Below, piece after piece: positions 39,569-46,412 of a DNA stretch of 64,000 bases. The notes beneath the pieces are model-generated. The model was not told where the DNA came from, did no database searches, and worked only from the letters and a program-made list of their open reading frames with translations. Both the position numbers and the translations under genes were made by a program. This DNA is from a virus. Location of the stretch: the IMG/VR virus record IMGVR_UViG_3300020421_000003. One strand, 5' to 3'. Within the stretch, counting starts at the first letter, position 1. The number at the start of each line of letters is the position of its first letter.

Positions 39569-40147
39569 TCATGCATCCAACCTGAGTTTATTTAGATAAT
39601 CCCAAGCATAGTCCTCGCGGTAACCTTTGATGCCCCATCCCAACCAACGATAGGCAGGTGCCATATAGTAGGAGATACTCTGTCCATTCGATTGGAAGTA
39701 TGGAAGTTGACGCTGAAATATATTCTCGTTAACCATGTAACGAAGTTGGCAGTCGAATGTGGAGGGATCACACTCAAACTTGGTGGCAAATTTGCCGAGG
39801 TTGACGTAGCGGTTTACGCTGGTCCACTGAATGATGCCATAACCACCCCGATGACAATCGTGGTAAGAAACTCTAGCACCTCCCTCGCATATATTGGCAG
39901 TGAAATTAGACTCCTGTCTAATGTTGCCAAGAATTGTAGCAATAGCATTTTTGTCTGTGATATTTACTGATGGTGTCTGTAAATACGCTACGACTTTACT
40001 CTCTTCAGGGGAGCAATCTTCACACTCCCATTTAGTCTCTAAGATTTTTGTAGGTCTCAGTCCTGCTGCTTCAGATTTCTGAGGGGCAGAAGAAGTACAT
40101 GCCATAAGCAGTGGCAGCATTGCTGTTACCATTACAAGTGGTCTCAT
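39569..40147 (-). CDS. Phage-tail-lysozyme-like lipoprotein
   Basis: Lipobox-like LLMAC; ILGNIRQES...GYGIIQWT..R. Confidence 0.7.
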   Translation of the reverse strand: MRPLVMVTAMLPLLMACTSSAPQKSEAAGLRPTKILETKWECEDCSPEESKVVAYLQTPSVNITDKNAIATILGNIRQESNFTANICEGGARVSYHDCHRGGYGIIQWTSVNRYVNLGKFATKFECDPSTFDCQLRYMVNENIFQRQLPYFQSNGQSISYYMAPAYRWLGWGIKGYREDYAWDYLNKLRLDA

Positions 40148-40167
40148 GTCTAGTCTATCCATAATAG

Positions 40168-40188
40168 AAAAGGGTGCCTGAGGCACCC
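40168..40188 (-). terminator. Terminator after hli cluster
   Basis: GGGTGCC-TCA-GGCACCC followed by TTTT. Confidence 0.75.
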
Positions 40189-40216
40189 GAGTATCATAGC
40201 GTATTTAGCGTGGTTG

Positions 40217-40354
40217 TCAAGAGGTTGGAGCATAAGAAGGAATCATCATTCCCCCATCACTTCCGTCATCATCCTCATCAGTGTCTGCTAGTAGTAACAG
40301 GACAGCAAGAGGAGTAAGACAGAAGACGATCGTCTGAAATACCTCTAGACTCAT
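40217..40354 (-). CDS. Small membrane peptide
   Basis: TM followed by DEDDDGSDGGMMIP. Confidence 0.55.
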   Translation of the reverse strand: MSLEVFQTIVFCLTPLAVLLLLADTDEDDDGSDGGMMIPSYAPTS

Positions 40355-40461
40355 TACCAAATACCTGGAATGATCTGCCCTGTGGCAGCGTAGGTGCCCA
40401 TTGCTGCAACGATTCCGATCATTGCTGCCCAACCATTAAAACGTTCTGCTTCAGGAGTCAT
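40354..40461 (-). CDS. hli: High-light-inducible protein (35 aa)
   Basis: AERFNGWAAMIG...TGQIIPGIW. Confidence 0.95.
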   Translation of the reverse strand: MTPEAERFNGWAAMIGIVAAMGTYAATGQIIPGIW

Positions 40462-40462
40462 A

Positions 40463-40681
40463 TCACCATACTCCGAAGAAGAGTTTGCCAGTGAAGGCAT
40501 AGGACAGGAAGGCAGAGACGATGCCGAGCATGGCAAGGCGTCCGTTGAGTTTCTCTGCAGACTCGTTATGAGTTTCGTAAACGTCAGATTGCATGGCTTT
40601 AGTTACTTGGGGGTCGATGTACATTTTGGGCTCGGTGGCATACATGTTGGTGCGTCCACCGTCTTCGATTGTAACAGTCAT
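40463..40681 (-). CDS. hli: High-light-inducible protein
   Basis: AEKLNGRLAMLG. Confidence 0.95.
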   Translation of the reverse strand: MTVTIEDGGRTNMYATEPKMYIDPQVTKAMQSDVYETHNESAEKLNGRLAMLGIVSAFLSYAFTGKLFFGVW

Positions 40682-40690
40682 TTGTTAAGG

Positions 40691-40735
40691 TATGTTACTT
40701 CTTGTAACTATATATAACTTTACAATATTTGTCAA
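40691..40735 (-). promoter_or_regulatory. hli promoter TTGACA-17-TATAGT with HLR1-like direct repeat
   Basis: GTTACAAG-AA-GTAACATA overlaps the -10/+1 region. Confidence 0.7.
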
Positions 40736-40741
40736 GCCCCC

Positions 40742-41083
40742 TTAGGAAAATGAGATGACATCCTGTCCACCGATCACCCCACCCATGTCCACGGGTTGTG
40801 CTGCTTGATTACCGTAGGCACTGAAGGTAATGCCATCACTGCCCTCGCCACCAATGATACCAGTGTCAATGTTTTGGAAGTCGTAGTTGTCGTTGAGATA
40901 GATCGGACTGCTAGGGAATTCGATCTGTGGCACGTCCTCAGCACACTGCTCAGTGATGGTCTGTAGACCATTGTAGTGACGCCACAGCTCACTCAGGTGA
41001 CTACGGTTGAAGTTAGGGTCATCGATCGCACTGTGCAGTGCTTTCTTGAGCGCCTCTGTTGCTGCTGTCAATTCTGCTTTCAT
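40742..41083 (-). CDS. Hypothetical protein
   Basis: Start re-assigned to MKAELT. Confidence 0.6.
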   Translation of the reverse strand: MKAELTAATEALKKALHSAIDDPNFNRSHLSELWRHYNGLQTITEQCAEDVPQIEFPSSPIYLNDNYDFQNIDTGIIGGEGSDGITFSAYGNQAAQPVDMGGVIGGQDVISFS

Positions 41084-41249
41084 AATTCCAGTGACGGATA
41101 ACTCCGCTGACGATAAAACAATTGGTGACAAGATAGGATACAAAAATGCAGGTACGAATACCTGCAATGTAATTATCATAGGGTCCTGTCTTGTCATCAG
41201 AGAATGACCCTAGAGAGTACTTCCAGACTCTAAGAAGACGCTTTAACAC
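41019..41249 (-). CDS. Hypothetical membrane protein
   Basis: WKYSLGSFSD...NCFIVSGVIRHW; GTG start uncertain. Confidence 0.55.
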   Translation of the reverse strand: MLKRLLRVWKYSLGSFSDDKTGPYDNYIAGIRTCIFVSYLVTNCFIVSGVIRHWNYESRIDSSNRGAQESTAQCDR

Positions 41250-41511
41250 TGTCTCGTGTATAGCAAGGCACACCAGCAGGGTCTAACCATTTGGCATACT
41301 CAAAGTCTTCAATAGCAAGGAGCAACTGATCACCATTATCAAAGAGATAGATGTCAGAATACTTCTTTGTATACTCGTTTGCTTTTTGCAAACGAAAATC
41401 AGGTTTACCATTCAGTTGAATGTAACCCCTTTGCACATAGCGATAGGGAAACCGCTCGTGGATCACAGTCGTCTTAGTCGTTGCGACTGACTGTGGATCT
41501 AGATCATTCAT
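41230..41511 (-). CDS. Hypothetical protein
   Basis: ERFPYRYV...NGKPDFRLQK. Confidence 0.65.
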   Translation of the reverse strand: MNDLDPQSVATTKTTVIHERFPYRYVQRGYIQLNGKPDFRLQKANEYTKKYSDIYLFDNGDQLLLAIEDFEYAKWLDPAGVPCYTRDSVKASS

Positions 41512-41678
41512 GGTCGTCTGAGTGTCTTCAAATATGATAGCACATCCTCACGAATCCACAACAGTTCGTGGTAACATTTCTGGGAATGAGCACATGCCCT
41601 CAGTTTAGGGTCAGGTTCTAGCACACTCTCTATGAAAATGTCTAGTCCTCTATTCCATTTGTCGTCCTGTGATTCCAT
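41508..41678 (-). CDS. Small hypothetical protein (56 aa)
   Basis: Hand translation MESQDDKWNRGLDIFIESV...CAHSQKC; GGAG RBS. Confidence 0.6.
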   Translation of the reverse strand: MESQDDKWNRGLDIFIESVLEPDPKLRACAHSQKCYHELLWIREDVLSYLKTLRRP

Positions 41679-41686
41679 GTATCTCC

Positions 41687-42310
41687 TTAGGTAAAACTAA
41701 ACCAACCTGTAATGATCTTCTTCTCTTGTGTATCAGACACCCTACCACGATGGTGGAATGTCCAATCTGCTGGCCAGATCACAGTGTATCCACGCTGCGC
41801 TGGGACATACTTCTGTTGGTGATACCATTCAGTGCCACCATCAGGGACATCATTTAGATAAGTCATAAAGACTAAATGTCGGTAGGTGTTTCCAGGCAGG
41901 GCATTAGACCTTTCGGTATGCCACTGCTTGAATCCACCACCTTTAGGATACCACTGCATAGACAGTGGTTCGTTTACTTGGAAGCGTGAGGTCTCACAGA
42001 ATGGAAACCTCTCCAAGTATTGATTGAGCACGCCTTGAAGTGCATTCATGTAGTTAAGCACTTCGGGACAAGACAATTGATAGGGGATGAGCAGATCGAG
42101 AGAGTCTTTATAACTCTTGTCAACTGTTACATCTCCCTGTCGCATGACCATTCCCTCATGAAACTCCAAGACGCTTTGTTTATGCCAGAAATCTTCAAGT
42201 CCCGCCACAACGGATTCATCAACAAAGTCACCCCAGATAAAGTCATTACACTCATCATTAAGTGGGGTGCAGACGCGATCTTTATAAATTACGATTTCTT
42301 CTTTAAGCAT
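41687..42310 (-). CDS. 2OG-Fe(II) oxygenase
   Basis: WHTE...MTYLNDV..GGTE...HRG. Confidence 0.88.
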   Translation of the reverse strand: MLKEEIVIYKDRVCTPLNDECNDFIWGDFVDESVVAGLEDFWHKQSVLEFHEGMVMRQGDVTVDKSYKDSLDLLIPYQLSCPEVLNYMNALQGVLNQYLERFPFCETSRFQVNEPLSMQWYPKGGGFKQWHTERSNALPGNTYRHLVFMTYLNDVPDGGTEWYHQQKYVPAQRGYTVIWPADWTFHHRGRVSDTQEKKIITGWFSFT

Positions 42311-42333
42311 AAGTATCCCGACCAGGGTAAAGT

Positions 42334-42558
42334 TTAGGTCATTTCCAAGACGCCATCCGCAATCATGTTATCAATGAGAATCGTATAGTCCTCCTCCACA
42401 TCTAGTCCCCAAAAGTGGACGTGACGTGCGCTCTTGTCACTGTAAAAGCGACAGAGTGCTTGGAAGAGGGGTGGATACTCTGTGTCAAGGGCAATGTTAC
42501 CATTGACAGTATCCTTCAGAATTTGCACTGAATCTGCAAAGCGATCTCTAACAGTCAT
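42334..42558 (-). CDS. Hypothetical protein
   Basis: 74-aa ORF with GGAG RBS. Confidence 0.6.
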   Translation of the reverse strand: MTVRDRFADSVQILKDTVNGNIALDTEYPPLFQALCRFYSDKSARHVHFWGLDVEEDYTILIDNMIADGVLEMT

Positions 42559-42601
42559 GACTGACTCCTATTTGGTTTTCCAACATGCACCGAAGTGCAA
42601 G

Positions 42602-42675
42602 CGATCCAGGATGGATTCGAACCATCGACCGACTGCTTAGAAGGCAGTTGCTCTATTCCACTGAGCTACTGGACC
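42602..42675 (-). tRNA. tRNA-Arg(UCU), no encoded CCA
   Basis: GGTCCAG acceptor, AGCTCAGTGG D-arm, ACTGC-CT-TCT-AA-GCAGT anticodon arm, GGTTCGAATCC T-arm. Confidence 0.95.
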
Positions 42676-43266
42676 CTATGCTTTCACACGTACAATTGGA
42701 TCACCTTCCCACATAGTCCGCTTAACCTTGTCAACCTTACCTCGGATGTTAAACGAGATGATGGTGCGTGATTTATCTGACTCATTGGGTAGTGCCTCAT
42801 GTGCTATGGTTGCTGGAAAAATAACCATGTCCCCTTCATTAACAGGTGGCACGAAGGTCTGTAACCTACCGCTCCAAGGGTTATTGAAAGGTGAAATGAA
42901 TTGCGTGGCTTGATGGACTGTCGGATCAAAATCTACATACATAACTGCTGACCATCCACTGTGTCCATGATTGTGTAGACCGTGCTTCTGACCTTTGTAT
43001 GATGTCTGGCACCACATGTCAGTAAACTCGATGCGTCTACGCTCAGTAAACTCAGCAAGGTATGGCTCGATGATTGCAATCACCGTGTCAGCATAAGGTG
43101 GCAACTCCCATTCTTCTTGATGAAAGAAGTCTGTGTATTGCTCACCGTTAGATTCTAGATGCTCTCTCCCAAAGGTGGGGAGAGCATTCATGATCATTTC
43201 TTTATTCTGTTTCCAATTTTTAATTTCATAGTGTGCGATTGGAATAGAAAATAAAGAATGAATCAT
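42676..43266 (-). CDS. Putative 2OG-Fe(II) oxygenase
   Basis: HGLHNH..WSAVMY...EGDMVIFP...H...RTIISFN. Confidence 0.82.
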   Translation of the reverse strand: MIHSLFSIPIAHYEIKNWKQNKEMIMNALPTFGREHLESNGEQYTDFFHQEEWELPPYADTVIAIIEPYLAEFTERRRIEFTDMWCQTSYKGQKHGLHNHGHSGWSAVMYVDFDPTVHQATQFISPFNNPWSGRLQTFVPPVNEGDMVIFPATIAHEALPNESDKSRTIISFNIRGKVDKVKRTMWEGDPIVRVKA

Positions 43267-43415
43267 TTGATAGTTTCAGATCGTTGTCGGATCTTCTCTG
43301 CAAGGACTTGTCCTCGTAGATGATCTCCTTCTGCTAAGGCTTCGTGTAGTTGATCCACTAGAAATTCGATTGTATAATTAATCTCATCAATCTCCTCAAG
43401 AAATTGATCTTCCAT
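43263..43415 (-). CDS. Small hypothetical protein (50 aa)
   Basis: Hand translation MEDQFLEEIDEINYTIEF...; RBS and promoter upstream. Confidence 0.5.
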   Translation of the reverse strand: MEDQFLEEIDEINYTIEFLVDQLHEALAEGDHLRGQVLAEKIRQRSETIK

Positions 43416-43442
43416 GATGGGTCTCCGCTCCTTAACTTGCTA

Positions 43443-43472
43443 ATTATATATGCGCGGTGGGTCAGGTGTCAA
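43443..43472 (-). promoter_or_regulatory. Sigma70-type promoter TTGACA-18-TATAAT
   Basis: Consensus hexamers upstream of the oxygenase/tRNA unit. Confidence 0.7.
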
Positions 43473-43800
43473 CCCCGAAATGCTTGATAAACCATTCGGC
43501 ATCCACTACCACGAGTGCTTGCTTCCTATTCTTTTTCATGAAGAGGATAGGTTCGTAGTCTCCAGAGTTAGCACATGCCTGATCATAAGCATCATACACA
43601 TTTAATTTCTCTACATTCTTACACTCAATGCTGAAGGGAAACTTCTTCCTAGCATCTCGTGCCATGATAAGATCTTCCCCACCAGCACCCATGCTGCGAG
43701 ACTCAATGTCCTCTGGGTGGACATTCCTATGCTCGATGAGCATATCTCTCACCCACTTCTGGAAGTTTCTACCCTTCGCTTTTGCACTCTGTGGTTTCAT
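43462..43800 (-). CDS. PD-(D/E)XK resolvase-like nuclease
   Basis: KAKGRNFQ...GEDL...SIECKN. Confidence 0.7.
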   Translation of the reverse strand: MKPQSAKAKGRNFQKWVRDMLIEHRNVHPEDIESRSMGAGGEDLIMARDARKKFPFSIECKNVEKLNVYDAYDQACANSGDYEPILFMKKNRKQALVVVDAEWFIKHFGVDT

Positions 43801-43964
43801 CTTCCTTCTCGCTCATCGAGTGCCTCATGAATGATTTCTTTCAATTCAATACGCTCTTGTGGTGTGAAGATTGTCCGCTTGGGTATAACAAGAGGGGGAT
43901 ACTCACGTTGTGGAATCGCTGGTCCTTTACCAGGCAATGACATACCCTGAGTATCAATCTTCAT
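43797..43964 (-). CDS. Hypothetical protein
   Basis: MKIDTQGMS...; ATGA coupling. Confidence 0.5.
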   Translation of the reverse strand: MKIDTQGMSLPGKGPAIPQREYPPLVIPKRTIFTPQERIELKEIIHEALDEREGR

Positions 43965-44169
43965 CTTCTTCAGTCTCCTTCTTGAATCCAAACGGGGAAA
44001 CCTTATCTTCCTCCAGTCTCAACTTGAGTGCAACAGCACCCAGAGACTCCATTACTTTGAGGATGTCTTCGGTCTTAGCATCACCGCCCAATTCTTTGGC
44101 AACATACCAATACTTCTCCCAGAAAGTATCGCCTGCCTTTTTGTAATCATCAAGTGTTAATAGTTTCAT
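43954..44169 (-). CDS. Hypothetical protein
   Basis: 71-aa ORF. Confidence 0.6.
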   Translation of the reverse strand: MKLLTLDDYKKAGDTFWEKYWYVAKELGGDAKTEDILKVMESLGAVALKLRLEEDKVSPFGFKKETEEDED

Positions 44170-44354
44170 CAGTCTGCATAACCATCATCATCGTCACTAT
44201 ATCTATAACCTAAACGCTCTGCCTGGTTGGGAGGAAACCATGGTTTCTCAGGCACGGGTTTGTATGCATCAGGATCTTCTTTGATAGCATCCTCTAGAGA
44301 GATTGCTAGGAGTTTGAGATTGTGTGCAATTAGTTTTACTTTCTCGTGATTCAT
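44169..44354 (-). CDS. Hypothetical protein
   Basis: 61-aa ORF. Confidence 0.6.
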   Translation of the reverse strand: MNHEKVKLIAHNLKLLAISLEDAIKEDPDAYKPVPEKPWFPPNQAERLGYRYSDDDDGYAD

Positions 44355-44370
44355 AGTTAAAAAGAATAAT

Positions 44371-44395
44371 AAAAAAGAGGGGAAGGTCCCCTCTT
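44371..44395 (-). terminator. Terminator after DUF4278-type gene
   Basis: AAGAGGGGA..TCCCCTCTT followed by T-run. Confidence 0.8.
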
Positions 44396-44404
44396 ACTTA
44401 TGCT

Positions 44405-44572
44405 CTACTTGGCGTAGGTTTTTCCACGGTAGCAGAAAGTCCCATGGGACTCTTTGGTTTCCACACAACGTGTGTCATACTCCACTCCACGGTATGTGGT
44501 GTGATGAATTTGTGCGTCGTGAAGAGCTGCAGCCTTCTGGATCCTCTTACGGATGTAGTTGAGTGTGTTCAT
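44405..44572 (-). CDS. DUF4278-type ('downstream peptide') protein, 55 aa
   Basis: Not in ORF track. MNTLNYIRKRIQKAAALHDAQIHHTTYRGVEYDTRCVETKESHGTFCYRGKTYAK; two YRGxxY motifs; GAGG RBS. Confidence 0.75.
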   Translation of the reverse strand: MNTLNYIRKRIQKAAALHDAQIHHTTYRGVEYDTRCVETKESHGTFCYRGKTYAK

Positions 44573-44607
44573 GAGTTAGTCCTCTGAAGTTAGGGTGGTT
44601 TAATCCC

Positions 44608-44829
44608 CGTTCCTTCAGTCGTTTGCGTCCCAATAGCACTCAGGGACAGATTCCTTTACGGTCTCTATCAATTCTACCTTGAAAGCAGGTGAGAGATCCT
44701 CATTTGCTTTCATTTTAAGCATGATACTATCAGCTTGTTGGCAGGTGAGTGTCGAATACAAAAGTAATTCAATCATGGGATCAACGCTCCGTTGCGCGAC
44801 TTACTTGCGTCCTCCTAGGAGGATGAACG
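44608..44829 (-). ncRNA. Tandem glutamine (glnA-type) riboswitch
   Basis: Aptamer 1: CGTTCA-TCCTCCTAGGAGGA-CGCAAGTA-AGTCG-CGCAACGGAGCG. Aptamer 2: CGTTGA-TCCCA...TGGGA-CGCAAA-CGACT-GAAGGAACG. Confidence 0.75.
44615..44776 (-). CDS. 53-aa protein nested within the riboswitch
   Basis: Not in ORF track. MIELLLYSTLTCQQADSIMLKMKANEDLSPAFKVELIETVKESVPECYWDAND; GGAG 11 nt upstream of the ATG. Confidence 0.65.
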   Translation of the reverse strand: MIELLLYSTLTCQQADSIMLKMKANEDLSPAFKVELIETVKESVPECYWDAND

Positions 44830-44869
44830 TGTTGTCATGATAGCATGACATTTCTATTTATGCAACCCC

Positions 44870-45067
44870 CTACTTATCTCGTTTCTTTTTACGACGGTAG
44901 TAGGGAGTGTTGCTAATGGGCTTGGTATTCTTTAAGTCCTTCTTGAGTTTCTTCAAGAAGGATAAGTGGTCCCTGATACCATGTATCGGGGTTTTCGGAA
45001 TACCAGTCGATTGTGTCTCGTTTGAATAAAGGGACCTCGCTTGTCTCTTCCAATTTCTTCTCGGCAT
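44870..45067 (-). CDS. Basic hypothetical protein (coding frame ambiguous)
   Basis: 65-aa ORF; the two other minus-strand frames are also open here. Confidence 0.4.
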   Translation of the reverse strand: MPRRNWKRQARSLYSNETQSTGIPKTPIHGIRDHLSFLKKLKKDLKNTKPISNTPYYRRKKKRDK

Positions 45068-45117
45068 TGTGATGTGTACCTGGATACACCTTGGGTATCC
45101 GTATCCATGTTGTAATT

Positions 45118-46254
45118 TTATAGCTTAAACCCGCTAAAAGTTTCCGCACTAACATCCTGCTTGATTCCTCCGACGACATAGGATTCAATCTCAGTTTCCT
45201 GAGGGGCATTTTGTTGACCCTTGCTATTTAGCCAGTGCTCTGTCCAGGGCAGTGGATTATTCTTAGCAGGGATATCAAAGGCAGGTGCTAGACCGATTGC
45301 TTTCATACGACGATTAGCAATCCATTCAACGTATTGAGAAAGCAGACGCTCGTTAAGACCGATCATGCTACCATTCTCAAACAAATACTTTGCCCACTCT
45401 TTCTCTTGAGCAACTGCGTCAAGGAACATCTGACGCACTGTCTCTTCCTCATCCTTAATGATCTGCTGCATCTCAGGATCATCACCCTTCTTCCACTTGT
45501 AGAGGATCTTCTGGGTCAATGCGAGATGTTGAGATTCATCCCTGGCAATAAGGGAGATAATTTTTGCTGAACCTTCCATGAGTTTAAGTTCACCAAAAGC
45601 AAAGCTGCAAGCAAAAGAAACATAAAACCGTATACCTTCCAGGATGTTAACATTAGCAATCGCCAAATAAAGTTTACGCTTGACATCTCTGATCGTCCAC
45701 GTCGCAGTGGGAGAGTCTTTCCAACCTTCCTTCCACATGTTACTGAGTGACCACTCAGTTGCTACCTCAATGAAGTCATTGTATGCTTTGCATACTGCAG
45801 TAGCACGGTCAAGGATCTTGTCGTTATCTAATACCGCATCGAAGACTTCTGATGGGTCTGCGTATACGTTCTTGATGATATGGGTATAGGAGCGAGAGTG
45901 AATCTGCTCCATGAATTCCCAGACTCCCATGCATCCTTCCAACTCTGGAAGACTACAGTAAGGTGAGAATGCCATGCCAGGACCACGCCCTTGCACAGAG
46001 TCCAGAAGGATCTGATACTTGAGGTTGCTGGTGTAGATATGTTTTTGTTGCTCATTCAGTGTCTTGTAATCGGCACGGTCCTTCTGTAGAGATACCTCTT
46101 CAGGTCTCCAGAAGTAACCGAGTTGTGTCTGTGTTAGTTTGTCGAAGTCAGGATACTTATATTCATCGTATCGTTGCATCCCCAAGGGTGCCCCGAAAAA
46201 CATTGGTTGTTTTTTGGTGTCTACTTTCTTGTCGTTGAAAACAGTCAGTCCCAT
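45118..46254 (-). CDS. nrdB: Ribonucleotide reductase class Ia beta
   Basis: FWRPEE, EQIHSRSY, LEGIRFYVSF, RDESQH. Confidence 0.97.
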   Translation of the reverse strand: MGLTVFNDKKVDTKKQPMFFGAPLGMQRYDEYKYPDFDKLTQTQLGYFWRPEEVSLQKDRADYKTLNEQQKHIYTSNLKYQILLDSVQGRGPGMAFSPYCSLPELEGCMGVWEFMEQIHSRSYTHIIKNVYADPSEVFDAVLDNDKILDRATAVCKAYNDFIEVATEWSLSNMWKEGWKDSPTATWTIRDVKRKLYLAIANVNILEGIRFYVSFACSFAFGELKLMEGSAKIISLIARDESQHLALTQKILYKWKKGDDPEMQQIIKDEEETVRQMFLDAVAQEKEWAKYLFENGSMIGLNERLLSQYVEWIANRRMKAIGLAPAFDIPAKNNPLPWTEHWLNSKGQQNAPQETEIESYVVGGIKQDVSAETFSGFKL

Positions 46255-46412
46255 AGTGGCGTCCTTGGATTTTTGCATGTACCGTAGTTGTGAATATAAT
46301 TTAGGAATGCATTGATCCTTGGAGCAAAGTCTAAGGATTCACAGCAGTCAAGATAGGACTCAAATTCTTCTTGTAAGTCCTTGCTGAGTGTGATAGTAAT
46401 GTCCTTAGACAT
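46245..46412 (-). CDS. Small hypothetical protein between nrdA and nrdB
   Basis: MSKDITITL..., overlapping both neighbours. Confidence 0.45.
   Translation of the reverse strand: MSKDITITLSKDLQEEFESYLDCCESLDFAPRINAFLNYIHNYGTCKNPRTPLWD

Noticed and set aside
45118-45145. -1 frameshift extension of nrdB at GGGTTTA
   Set aside because: The heptamer is out of phase for a -1 shift from the nrdB frame; the long overlapping frame is +1.
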